DNA from: an uncultured Bacteriovorax sp.
GTDB lineage: Bacteria; Bdellovibrionota; Bacteriovoracia; Bacteriovoracales; Bacteriovoracaceae
NCBI GenBank assembly: GCA_964583925.1
Contig: CAZOXW010000003.1
Location: 3,297 to 67,296, forward strand
Length of the DNA stretch: 64,000 nucleotides
Direction: 5' to 3'
In this document: in pieces, positions 18,223 to 27,793 of the stretch
How positions within the stretch are numbered: the first letter of the stretch is position 1
Layout of the letters: every line of letters starts with the position of its first letter
Made by a program: the position numbers and the translations under genes
Notes under the pieces: model-generated
Seen by the model: the letters and a program-made list of their open reading frames with translations, nothing else
Database searches by the model: none
Told to the model about the DNA's origin: nothing

Positions 18223-19347
18223 ATGAGTAAATTTAATGGAAAAAGAAGTGGTGCTCTAGGTGCAACTTCTTTAATTTTCTCTCTAATGTTTTTTGGTGCT
18301 TGTAAACAAAATGATTTCTATGCAAAAGAAGGGCTATCTGAAATTGCAGAAGACTATGGAATTCCGACTACAGATGATCAAGGCCCTGGGACTGGTGATG
18401 GTTCTGGTTCAGGTTCAGGTTCAGGTTCTGGTTCAGGTTCTGGTTCAGGTTCTGGTTCAGGTTCAGGTTCTGGTTCAGGTTCTGGAACAGGAACAGTTGA
18501 ATTAATTTCAAAAGAAGAAGTTTTTAAACAAAACTCCCTCAAAGATGGCGACGTAGATATCTTGTGGGTCATTGATGATTCTGGATCGATGTCAGATAAC
18601 CAAACAGCTCTCGCAAATAATTTTGAACAATTTATTAATCATTTTTTAAGTAAAGATGTAGATTTTAAAATGGCCATTACAACAACCGATGGGACAAGCT
18701 CTAAGAATGGAAAAATGGTTGGGAACTCAGATAAATTGACTTACGAATTGGCCAGAAAAGACCGACCTACTTTTTTAAACAACTTTAGAACTTGGGCAAA
18801 AGTTGGAGTTCAAGGTTCTGGAATGGAGCAAGGATTAAAAACTGCAAAGAGTTTTTTTGATCGCTATGGCTCAAGCTTTTTAAGAGAAGATGCCTTCCTC
18901 GCAATTGTTTTTGTTTCAGATGAAGAAGATCAATCTGAAAAAACTGTTCAAGAATATCTTAGCGCTTATCAATCACTAAAAGCTCATAGTGGTATGGTAA
19001 AGGGCTATAGCATCGTCACTCAAAAAATTGATCCAAATCGCAGATGGGAATCAATTGGTAAACGCTATAACTTTATCGCAGAAAACACTAAAGGTACAAA
19101 AGGCGATATCGATAATAGCTTCTCAAATATTTTAGATAACATCGGACAAACAATTTCAAATCTTGTTGATAGTTTTGCAATTACGAAATCACCTTATCAA
19201 GGGAAAGTTAAAGTATTTGTAAATGGAAATGAAGTTAAATCAGGTTGGAGTTTTGATATAGCCTCTAACACGGTTAAATTTGATAGCATATCGCTACCAA
19301 CTCATGGATCTGAAATTAGAATTGTTTATCAAGTTATAAAGAACTAG
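18223..19347 (+). CDS. vWA (MIDAS) domain lipoprotein with Gly-Ser linker
   Basis: FFGAC lipobox; [13 protein letters not shown] (DxSxS), TTTD, FVSDEED; C-terminal beta-rich domain. Confidence 0.85.
   Translation: MSKFNGKRSGALGATSLIFSLMFFGACKQNDFYAKEGLSEIAEDYGIPTTDDQGPGTGDGSGSGSGSGSGSGSGSGSGSGSGSGSGSGTGTVELISKEEVFKQNSLKDGDVDILWVIDDSGSMSDNQTALANNFEQFINHFLSKDVDFKMAITTTDGTSSKNGKMVGNSDKLTYELARKDRPTFLNNFRTWAKVGVQGSGMEQGLKTAKSFFDRYGSSFLREDAFLAIVFVSDEEDQSEKTVQEYLSAYQSLKAHSGMVKGYSIVTQKIDPNRRWESIGKRYNFIAENTKGTKGDIDNSFSNILDNIGQTISNLVDSFAITKSPYQGKVKVFVNGNEVKSGWSFDIASNTVKFDSISLPTHGSEIRIVYQVIKN
18400..18483 (+). repeat. In-frame hexamer tandem repeat (GGTTCW)x14 encoding (Gly-Ser)14
   Basis: Counted directly: 14 units of GGTTCT or GGTTCA. 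Confidence 0.97.
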
Positions 19348-19367
19348 TAATTTCTTAGGAGTTCGAC

Positions 19368-20078
19368 ATGCAAAAGTTAACTGTATTCACAATATTCATA
19401 ATCATGGCCTTAAGTTTTAACAAACTTAAGGCCACTGAAAAAGATCTATATGATTTTATGTGGCTTGATCCAGATAAAAAAGTCTATGTTCTTCAAAATA
19501 AAGTTCACAAAAAAGAAAGAACTATTTATCTAAATTTAGGACTTGGAAATGGTGGAGCTGGTGCATTTATTGACACAAGCCTCCTGCATACAAATATGGG
19601 ATATTATCTAAATGAAGAGTGGGCGATTGAAATTCTATATACCAAATATAAAAATAAAGAGAATGATTCTTTTACAAACATCCAAAGAGTTAATGGAGTT
19701 GTACCATTCATTAGAAAGCCAATCTCAAGCACTGGCGCACTTGTAAAGTGGTCGCCATTTTACGGTAAAATAAATACCTTTAATCAAATCTTCTATTTTG
19801 ATTGGGGATTTGGACTTGGCCTTGGTAAGTACAATACAGAATCAAATAAAAACACCGTTAGCAATGCGGCCACGGCCAATACATATTCAAAAGAAAGCTA
19901 CAATAACATAATTGGAAAAACTGAGTTAAGTTTTCACGTCAATAAAAATATTCATCTTGGTTTAGCGTTACAGGTTAATAACTATAAAGCACCAGGACCT
20001 ACCATCTCCAACGTGCCAGGTTCAAACAAAATGCGACAAGATGTCGACACAATTTTTAGCTTAGGCTTTTCATTTTAA
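19368..20078 (+). CDS. Outer-membrane beta-barrel protein, GltA/GltB-like
   Basis: Signal peptide; VYVLQNK, WSPFYGKIN.FN.IFYFDW typical of myxobacterial/Bdellovibrio OM barrels; ends in GFSF. Confidence 0.72.
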   Translation: MQKLTVFTIFIIMALSFNKLKATEKDLYDFMWLDPDKKVYVLQNKVHKKERTIYLNLGLGNGGAGAFIDTSLLHTNMGYYLNEEWAIEILYTKYKNKENDSFTNIQRVNGVVPFIRKPISSTGALVKWSPFYGKINTFNQIFYFDWGFGLGLGKYNTESNKNTVSNAATANTYSKESYNNIIGKTELSFHVNKNIHLGLALQVNNYKAPGPTISNVPGSNKMRQDVDTIFSLGFSF

Positions 20079-20091
20079 TAAGAGAGTTTAT

Positions 20092-21522
20092 ATGATTAAA
20101 AATATCATCGCTATTCTAGTTACTATTTTTTTTACTGAAAACGTCAATGCGACAGTAAAGCAAGCTTATGAGATTTACACAAAAGACCTTTCAAAATTCA
20201 AGTATAAGAGAATCGCTCACGAATTAATTGATGGACAGTTTTATTTTAGTTCAATCCCATACATCAATAGATACTTAGATGAAACCAGCGAAATTGATCC
20301 AGTCGTAGAAAAAGACCTTGAAATACTTGTCATGAACACAGGTACGATGGCGGTTTTAAACTTAGAAGAATCAAAACTACAAAAATTTAATATTCCATCA
20401 GTCTTTTTAATTTTGGGAACACGCCTTTTTAATAAAGAAAAATATGAAGAATCATATACTGTACTCTCAAAAATTCCCGACTTACATCCCTTCAGTTTGG
20501 AGGCTTCATTTATAAAAGGGACAATCAAAAACTTAGAAAGAAAAAACGTAGAAGCTCTTTACCATTACAACACATGTATCGAAAAGGCGAAAGCAAAAGA
20601 AGAGGAATCAAAAACAGATAAACTAAAAAGATATTATACATTTTTAAAAGAATCATGTCTTATTCGCACCGCCCGCCTAAAAATTGAAACCAAAGAATAC
20701 GAACAAGCACTAAATATTTATAATACGATTGATAAACGTTCGTATCGTTTCCCATATGCTTTGATGGATATGGCTTGGGCGAATTACTACTTAAACGACT
20801 ATAATCGCACGCTAGGATTAACAGTAACATTTAAATCTCCTCTACTCGACTCTTACTTCTTTCCAGAAGGGGAAGTCTTAACGGCATTGGCCTACTATAA
20901 TTTGTGTCAATTTGATGATGCATTGAATGTAGTCGATAATTTTTATGAAGTATACAAACCAAAGGCCGAAGCACTAAAGGAAATACTTGGAAAAAATAAA
21001 CTTTCTGAGACCTATTTTTTAAACCTATACTATGCAGACACAGAAAAAAGAGAAGCACTAAATCCCTTCATAAGAAATCTAATCACTCAAACAAGAAAAC
21101 AAGTTCGATTTAATTTAGACTTAAATAGTTTGAAATCTGCCAAAGAAGAGCTCTCACTGATGAAAAAGCTAAAAAGTAAAAATGCACTTACTGATGAAAT
21201 GGAAGTAAACCTTGAAAACACCATCGACTTTATAAGTTTAAAGATTAATAGCTATATAAAAAGAGAAATCTTTACCTTTATTAATGAAATTCACAAACAC
21301 TCTTACTCGATGTTCAATTTGCAGCTAGAACTTCTCGCTAAAAAAAGAGATGAAATTTATCAGGGTGGAAATAAATTAAGTGATCGTAGTCGAGGTTCTG
21401 ATAAAAATATCAAAAGAAAAATTGACCAATACTACTTTGATTTCAATGGTTCATTTTGGGCCGATGAACTCGGAGACTATTCATTTGGATTAGACAACAA
21501 ATGCGTGACTAAAAAGGAATAA
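20092..21522 (+). CDS. TPR protein, GltC-like gliding component
   Basis: TPR helices; ARL...A...Y..I...S..FP.ALMD.AWA.Y, F.SP.L..YFFPE.EVL.AL.Y..LCQ, F.G.FWADELG.Y. Confidence 0.72.
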   Translation: MIKNIIAILVTIFFTENVNATVKQAYEIYTKDLSKFKYKRIAHELIDGQFYFSSIPYINRYLDETSEIDPVVEKDLEILVMNTGTMAVLNLEESKLQKFNIPSVFLILGTRLFNKEKYEESYTVLSKIPDLHPFSLEASFIKGTIKNLERKNVEALYHYNTCIEKAKAKEEESKTDKLKRYYTFLKESCLIRTARLKIETKEYEQALNIYNTIDKRSYRFPYALMDMAWANYYLNDYNRTLGLTVTFKSPLLDSYFFPEGEVLTALAYYNLCQFDDALNVVDNFYEVYKPKAEALKEILGKNKLSETYFLNLYYADTEKREALNPFIRNLITQTRKQVRFNLDLNSLKSAKEELSLMKKLKSKNALTDEMEVNLENTIDFISLKINSYIKREIFTFINEIHKHSYSMFNLQLELLAKKRDEIYQGGNKLSDRSRGSDKNIKRKIDQYYFDFNGSFWADELGDYSFGLDNKCVTKKE

Positions 21523-21523
21523 T

Positions 21524-21772
21524 ATGAAAACAGCAATATTTTTTATACTAATTATTTTTAATCTAAGCGCACAAGAAACTAAAAAAAATGTCATCTATAA
21601 ATATAAGGATTATGAATCAATAGACCTCGGAAGTCTTGAGATTAAAGGTAGAATCATAGCCCCGGGTGATTTAACTGTTAGTGAAAGGGATAGAAAGGCC
21701 TTTGAAAGGCAATTACTTGAAAAAACTAATTTTGATCAAGAAAACAAACGAGAAATATACAATTTAAGGTAA
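21524..21772 (+). CDS. Small exported protein, GltF-like
   Basis: Signal peptide; IDLGSLEIKGRIIAPG...R..F..L..NF pattern; position in the operon. Confidence 0.6.
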   Translation: MKTAIFFILIIFNLSAQETKKNVIYKYKDYESIDLGSLEIKGRIIAPGDLTVSERDRKAFERQLLEKTNFDQENKREIYNLR

Positions 21773-21775
21773 TTA

Positions 21776-24697
21776 ATGATGAAAAAAATTCAAATTTCAC
21801 TTCTGACATTTTTAGTATTTTTTTCAAGCAATATACTTTGTGGTGAACTTGAAAGCAATCCAACGTTAGCGAGAATAGATCAACTGCTAAAGTTAACTGA
21901 TCGTGAAATAAAAACAATTAATTTTAATAACTACCGAAGCGTTGAGCTCACTCACCGACTGTTTGAACTTTACACCGAGAAGATAAGACTTTTTAGAGAA
22001 AGAGAAAATGAGATCATGCTTAAAACTGACTCAGAAATAGTGCTAAAAAAAGGTAAGGCAAGTTTTTATACACAATCAAACGATCAATTTATATTCACAA
22101 CCAACTTTGGAAACAAATTAATTAAAGATAATCCAAAATATGAAAGACTTGCAGAGGTATACTATACTCAGGCAATGAATTCACGCGATTATGGTACCAA
22201 TAAAGATACCGAATCACTGTTGAAATTGGCAATCTCAAAAAGTAAATCTGGATCAAAAACTGAATATAATTCAAAGGTCTCATTAGCTGAATATTATTAT
22301 AATGAAAAAAAATATCACGATGCTGTGATTAACTATAACGATGTATTAGAAAATAAAGAAAGCGAATGGTACACCAAACATCTGTATAATGCGGCCTGGT
22401 GCCTTTTAAAAGAAAGACAATTTGAGCGTGCTTTGCAACTCATGAAAGAATCCTTCTCTCGTGGTGAACACAAAAAATATATTTCGATGAAAGAGCAAAT
22501 ATTATCTGCGATTGGAATATTTTTTGTTCAGGCAGACCGAACAAGAGATGCGATTTTCTTTTTTGAGCGCAATACTTCTCCATCATTTAATCACCTCTTA
22601 AATCTTGCTCAATCATCCATGAGCAAAAATCAATTCTCTGAAACTGATGAAGTTTTAAGAGCGGCCCTAAAAGATACACAAAATAGAAAAGATATAGTTA
22701 GCGAAATGAAAGTTAGGCTAGCACAACTAGACATTTATAGAGAGTCAAAAAAAGACGACCACTTCTACACCACTTCAAATAGTATTGTAGAGCTATATAA
22801 ATCTGATAAAAAACATAAGAAGATCCCTTCTACCGACATTCTTCAGTCAATTAATAAAATAAAAGATATCGCAGGTTTTCTACAAATTAATTTAGCAAAA
22901 AACAAAAATAAAAATGAAGTGATGTACGAAAAAACTGATTATAAAAGAGTTATAAAGTATTTTGATATGCTCTCTGTTTTGGATTCTAGCAATAAACATC
23001 AATATAGATACTACCAAGGAGAGACTTCGATCTCTGTGAAAAACTTAAATCAAGCGATTAAGTACTATGTTATGACAATAATGAGTTATAAAAAAAGTAA
23101 GTCAAAAGATGAATTTGCCAACAAGTCTATCGACGCTATCCTAACAATCATTGACGACACCGAGCTTACGCAAAAAAGCAGAGATAACTATCTAATTTAT
23201 ACTTATAAAAACTATCTCATCTTAAACCCAAAGGCCGACAAGTCACAAGCTATCTATCAAAAACTTTTTTCAAAATACTTTGAACTAAAAAAAATTAAAA
23301 AGGCAACAAACCTATTGCTCGTCTACAAAGAAAACTACCCAAACGATGAAAAAATACATCGAGAAATGCTCACTCAAATTTTAGAGAACTATATCAAGCG
23401 TAAACAGACTGGTCCCTTGGCACAATGGGTAACTGCAATCGAAAAAGGTTATTTAAATTTTAAAAATGAATACATCGAAAATTCAATAATGATCTTAGGA
23501 AATTTACTTTTTGAAAGATATCAGCAACTCGAAAAAAATGGAAAAACAAAAGAAGCAATTATAGGTTATGAAGAGATATTTGAATCTAAAAAATACCCGA
23601 AAAAAATTAAAGCACAAGCAAGCTATGCCCTATCAACCGTTCTACTTGATTTAAATGATGCTAAAAAATCTAAGGAATGGCTTTTGACATCAATTGCTCT
23701 TTTTGAAACTAAGGACTTAAAAGAAATTACAAATTCTTTGTTTGTAATGGCAAAAAACTATCGCTTACTTCAAGAATTTGAAATGACTATTCAGGTGTCA
23801 AAACTTGTTCTAGAAAGATTTTGCAAAGAAAAAATTGAAAATAAAAATAGCTTTTTCACCTTACTTTTTGAAACCAATACCCTAATTGATCTAAACTCAT
23901 CAAGTCTATCTAAAATAACAGAAGAAAATATCAAGTGCGATATTTCTGAAAAAACGATTGCTGAAAATCATACTTTTGCCATTCATAAAATGATTTTAAC
24001 CGACGATTTAAATAATTTGAAGTCATTTGTAAATTCAGCTCATCTGACTTCAGACAGTAAGAAAATGATATCAGACTATGTTCGCTTTAAATTCTATCAG
24101 TCACCAAAGCTATTTTTAAATGATCTTCTCGCCTTCGACTCTAAACTTCCAGAGCTTGATCTCTCAAAGTCAGTGACAAATTATAATAAGGCCGAATATT
24201 TTATTGAAAAAATCAATTCAATTAAAATAGAATTTTCAGCGCTTGAAAAATTTGATGCAAAAATATACAACCAAGAACTAGAGCAATATCTTTCAATTAT
24301 CAATGAAATTACAAATGAGGCCAGTCGACTTTCAAAAGAGCTTGGGGCCGAAGATACTATTTATATATATCAAAGTGTAAATCGCCCTTACGAAGAACTT
24401 AATAAAGCTATTTTAAGCTATATTCCAAAGGGAGTAGATTCTAAATACTTACAGGGTTTCAATGCGGGAATGCGACAAATTTCTGAGTCACTAAAGTCTA
24501 AGTCGTTACAAATTGATAGAGAAAAAACCCTATTTTTAGAGAAAAATAATTATTTTTTTGAAATTCAAAAACATGCTACATTCGTAAAAAAAGAAGTAGA
24601 GAAAAATAACAATCTACTCTTAAATCATCAAGCTGTTTTTTTTGTTAACACTATTGATCGCGCAAAAAACAGTAAGAGTTTGGCCCAAGGAAATTAG
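21776..24697 (+). CDS. Large TPR protein, GltD/AgmU-like
   Basis: Signal peptide; multiple TPRs (LAEYYYNEKKYHDA...Y, LYNAAWC); operon context. Confidence 0.68.
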   Translation: MMKKIQISLLTFLVFFSSNILCGELESNPTLARIDQLLKLTDREIKTINFNNYRSVELTHRLFELYTEKIRLFRERENEIMLKTDSEIVLKKGKASFYTQSNDQFIFTTNFGNKLIKDNPKYERLAEVYYTQAMNSRDYGTNKDTESLLKLAISKSKSGSKTEYNSKVSLAEYYYNEKKYHDAVINYNDVLENKESEWYTKHLYNAAWCLLKERQFERALQLMKESFSRGEHKKYISMKEQILSAIGIFFVQADRTRDAIFFFERNTSPSFNHLLNLAQSSMSKNQFSETDEVLRAALKDTQNRKDIVSEMKVRLAQLDIYRESKKDDHFYTTSNSIVELYKSDKKHKKIPSTDILQSINKIKDIAGFLQINLAKNKNKNEVMYEKTDYKRVIKYFDMLSVLDSSNKHQYRYYQGETSISVKNLNQAIKYYVMTIMSYKKSKSKDEFANKSIDAILTIIDDTELTQKSRDNYLIYTYKNYLILNPKADKSQAIYQKLFSKYFELKKIKKATNLLLVYKENYPNDEKIHREMLTQILENYIKRKQTGPLAQWVTAIEKGYLNFKNEYIENSIMILGNLLFERYQQLEKNGKTKEAIIGYEEIFESKKYPKKIKAQASYALSTVLLDLNDAKKSKEWLLTSIALFETKDLKEITNSLFVMAKNYRLLQEFEMTIQVSKLVLERFCKEKIENKNSFFTLLFETNTLIDLNSSSLSKITEENIKCDISEKTIAENHTFAIHKMILTDDLNNLKSFVNSAHLTSDSKKMISDYVRFKFYQSPKLFLNDLLAFDSKLPELDLSKSVTNYNKAEYFIEKINSIKIEFSALEKFDAKIYNQELEQYLSIINEITNEASRLSKELGAEDTIYIYQSVNRPYEELNKAILSYIPKGVDSKYLQGFNAGMRQISESLKSKSLQIDREKTLFLEKNNYFFEIQKHATFVKKEVEKNNNLLLNHQAVFFVNTIDRAKNSKSLAQGN

Positions 24698-24699
24698 TT

Positions 24700-25572
24700 A
24701 TGAAAATGATTAATCCTACAATTATTTCGGCAATACTTTTACTGACTGCTTGCACTTCAAATAAATTTAAAAGCACGATTGATCAAGATTCACTGGACTA
24801 CTTAAAAGAAGAAAGCTTTTCACGATTTTCTGGAAAACGAATTGAATCCGTTGAAAAAAATGGTTTGGATAAAATTAATATTGCGACTAGTAGCTGTCAT
24901 GCCAATAAATACTTTAAAGGCAAGCAACTCTTTGAAGAAAACATGCAGCAAGAAAAGTCAAATCCATTTTACTGGAATGGTCTTGGAACTTGCTACTATC
25001 TTGAAGGTGACATGAAAAAGGCAGAGTTTTTTTATGACTTGGGGCTTGAAGCATTAAAGGCCGACAAGTCAAAAAATAATATCATTGCAGAGGCCAGTAT
25101 TGAAAATAATTTAGGTCTTATTCATTTAAATTTTAGAAGATACAATGATGCCTATGATTCTTTTACGAAATCAAATAAACTAGTCCCACATTTTATCACG
25201 CCCAAACTAAACATTGTCCATCTTCTAATTGAATTTAATCAAAATGAGCGAGCTTTAAAGTTACTTAAAGAGATAGAAGATTCAGCACGTTTTGATGTTG
25301 ATGTTCTTTATGCCTTCGCACTCGTACACTACCGCATGAAAGACTTTGATAAGTCTTTTAATTATGTCAGTCAAATTGATAAAAACTTTTTGAATCGAGC
25401 AGACATCGTCGGAATTTATGCACTTGCACTGGCCAAAAAAGGTCGCCTGGCCGAAGCAAAAGAAATATTAGAGAAACGCATGATCAATAATGAATTTGAA
25501 GCAAGAAATAAAGAAATTCTAGAAATAATTCAAGTGCAAATAAAATCAGAAAAAAGCTCGCAGAAAGGTTAA
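24700..25572 (+). CDS. TPR lipoprotein, GltE/AglT-like
   Basis: LLTAC lipobox; NGLGTCYY, NNLGLIH TPRs. Confidence 0.7.
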   Translation: MKMINPTIISAILLLTACTSNKFKSTIDQDSLDYLKEESFSRFSGKRIESVEKNGLDKINIATSSCHANKYFKGKQLFEENMQQEKSNPFYWNGLGTCYYLEGDMKKAEFFYDLGLEALKADKSKNNIIAEASIENNLGLIHLNFRRYNDAYDSFTKSNKLVPHFITPKLNIVHLLIEFNQNERALKLLKEIEDSARFDVDVLYAFALVHYRMKDFDKSFNYVSQIDKNFLNRADIVGIYALALAKKGRLAEAKEILEKRMINNEFEARNKEILEIIQVQIKSEKSSQKG

Positions 25573-25631
25573 GTATTAAGAAAAAACTTTGAAGGTATGT
25601 GATATGCCTTCTACATTTGACAGGAGTTCAT

Positions 25632-26243
25632 ATGGAGTTTATCGAAATTTTCAAGCAAGGTGGTTTTATTATGTGGCCTCTACTCGCATTTTCAGTTGCA
25701 GTATGGGTTGTTACAATTCACAAAGTTTTGTATCTAATTAAATTCAAGAAAGATTCAAAACATTATCTTGATGAAGCATCAAAAATTATAATCAATAAAG
25801 AATTACATAAAATGGAATGGCTATATAAAAACTGTCCTGACGTCATTGCAAAAGCACATTATGCTGTTTTTGAAGATGCGATTTCTAAAGATGATTATGA
25901 AGCACGTCTTCAACGTCGACTTTCTGAAACGAATCATGATCTAAAAAAGAATTTATGGATCTTAGGTACAATTGGATCAAGTGCTCCGTTCGTAGGGCTT
26001 TTTGGCACAGTTTGGGGGATCATGGGTTCATTTAAAGCAATCGGCTCGGCCGGTAAAGCTGGCTTTACTGTCGTTGCCGGAACAATTTCAGAAGCACTAA
26101 TTGCCACAGCGGCAGGAATTATTGTCGCGGTCTTTGCGGTTATATTCTACAACTATCTCCAAATTAAAATTTCAGAAGCAGCTTCTGAATTTAGAAATGG
26201 CCTAGGTGACATGGCCGACCAATTTCAAACATTAAAACGATAA
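25632..26243 (+). CDS. MotA/TolQ/ExbB proton channel (AglR-like)
   Basis: GGFIMWPL, LGTIGSSAPFVGLFGTVWGIM.SF, ISEALIATAAG; start moved to ATG 25632 behind AGGAG. Confidence 0.93.
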   Translation: MEFIEIFKQGGFIMWPLLAFSVAVWVVTIHKVLYLIKFKKDSKHYLDEASKIIINKELHKMEWLYKNCPDVIAKAHYAVFEDAISKDDYEARLQRRLSETNHDLKKNLWILGTIGSSAPFVGLFGTVWGIMGSFKAIGSAGKAGFTVVAGTISEALIATAAGIIVAVFAVIFYNYLQIKISEAASEFRNGLGDMADQFQTLKR

Positions 26244-26261
26244 TTAATAGGGGATATTTTT

Positions 26262-26696
26262 ATGAGTATGAACATAAAAAACTCAGATGATGAAGATAGT
26301 ATTGTTGCAGAAATAAATATGACACCAATGATTGATATCATGCTTGTTCTATTGATTATTTTTATGGTTAGTTCTACCGCAGCTCTGGAATCAGGGATGG
26401 ACATTGAGCTTCCAAAAACAAGTCAAACTGCAGATAAAAAAGAGGCCGAGATATTAGTTATCAGCCTTTCTAAAGATGGGAAAGTTGCAGTTCATGGAAA
26501 ACAAGTTAATGAGCAAGAACTTTCGCGAAAAATTGCATCGAGCTTAAAAGAATTAAACACAGAGTCCGTTATTTTAGAAGGTGATACAGCAGCTAATCTC
26601 GGTCGAGCGGTTGAACTAATGGATCTTGCAAAAAATGCTGGTGCAAAAAATTTCTCGATTGCGGCCGATGAATCTAAAACAACTATTAAGAATTAG
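26262..26696 (+). CDS. ExbD/TolR family protein (AglQ/AglS-like)
   Basis: EINMTPMIDIMLVLLIIFMV with the conserved TM Asp. Confidence 0.93.
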   Translation: MSMNIKNSDDEDSIVAEINMTPMIDIMLVLLIIFMVSSTAALESGMDIELPKTSQTADKKEAEILVISLSKDGKVAVHGKQVNEQELSRKIASSLKELNTESVILEGDTAANLGRAVELMDLAKNAGAKNFSIAADESKTTIKN

Positions 26697-26710
26697 TATT
26701 TGAGGAAAAT

Positions 26711-27721
26711 ATGGATACGAGTTTACACATTTGCCTTCCAAAACGCAGCTTAGAAAAAGACGACTCGAACTCCCGTTTTTTTAGAAATGCGGTTATTGGA
26801 AGTATACTCCTCCACCTCGCTTTAATTTTGTTTAAATTGCCTACTACTCATGTATCAGCACCTCCTAAGCTTGCAGCGATAAAAATGCAATTTATTACTC
26901 CTCCAGCTTCTTTTAGGGCGAAACAGAAATTGTGGGAGAAATTGCCAAATGCAGGGGTAAAGACTGTCACAACGACAACATCGGGACCGACTGGCAGTAT
27001 AACAGGTGACTCAGATACAACGATGAAATCAAAAAGTGGATCAGAAAAAAAAGGTCCTAAATCAAATCCACAGATTGCAGGTAATGGCAATGGAACAGGT
27101 GAAGGCGGCGGTGGAGGTTATTCATTTTCAGGATCTGGACTTAAAACTTTAATGGGAAATAGCTCAACCATGACTGCCTCAAGTGGAAACGGGACTGGAG
27201 GCCGTGGAGTAGCTTCTGGAACAGGCAAAGGAAATAAAGGTGATAACTTAAATGGGGAATATCGCGCCCCTACTGGTACAGGAGATGGATCGGGCCATAT
27301 TCTAGGAAAAGATGCCTATGGAAATTATGATCGATCATCAACAGCTAAAGGCCTTGCAAACAAAAAAGGCTTTGAAACAGCATTCGTCTCTTCAGATACA
27401 GTCGTCCTTGGTTCTATTGAACCTGAGGTACTTAGAAGGATCTTGCAAGAATATTTGCCACAATTTAAGTTTTGCTATCAGCAAGAGCTGCAAGAAACCT
27501 CAGAAAAGATTAAAGGAATTGTAGACTTAAACTTTCGTATAGAAGGCGACGGTAAGGTATCGATAGTTAATATAAAGGCCCAAAATGCTAAATTCTCAGA
27601 TAAAGGCATAAAATGTATGGGGAACATTCTCCATATGATTGATTTTCCTAAGCCTAAGGGCGGAGGGTTGGTAGATGTTAGACAGCCCTTAAACTTTCAA
27701 TCAGAAAGCTCTAAAATATAA
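26711..27721 (+). CDS. TonB-like energy transducer with AgmX/PglI C-terminal domain (GltG-like)
   Basis: TM helix with SxxxH (SILLH); Gly-rich linker; V.RR......QFKFCYQ.EL...C....L..I.FPKP.GGG.V.V..PL.F. Confidence 0.82.
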   Translation: MDTSLHICLPKRSLEKDDSNSRFFRNAVIGSILLHLALILFKLPTTHVSAPPKLAAIKMQFITPPASFRAKQKLWEKLPNAGVKTVTTTTSGPTGSITGDSDTTMKSKSGSEKKGPKSNPQIAGNGNGTGEGGGGGYSFSGSGLKTLMGNSSTMTASSGNGTGGRGVASGTGKGNKGDNLNGEYRAPTGTGDGSGHILGKDAYGNYDRSSTAKGLANKKGFETAFVSSDTVVLGSIEPEVLRRILQEYLPQFKFCYQQELQETSEKIKGIVDLNFRIEGDGKVSIVNIKAQNAKFSDKGIKCMGNILHMIDFPKPKGGGLVDVRQPLNFQSESSKI

Positions 27722-27728
27722 ATAAATT

Positions 27729-27760
27729 CCCCTTGTTTTTACAAGGGGTTATTTTTTTTT
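27729..27760 (+). terminator. Rho-independent terminator of the gliding-like operon
   Basis: Stem CCCCTTGT (27729-27736), loop TTTT, ACAAGGGG (27741-27748), then TTATTTTTTTTT. Confidence 0.88.
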
Positions 27761-27793
27761 TAAGAAACTCTCAAATTCAGTTAAAATAATCCC

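Noticed and set aside
18400-18483. Repeat array considered as CRISPR or mobile-element signature
   Set aside because: Contiguous in-frame hexamers with no spacers; no cas, transposase or integrase genes in the window
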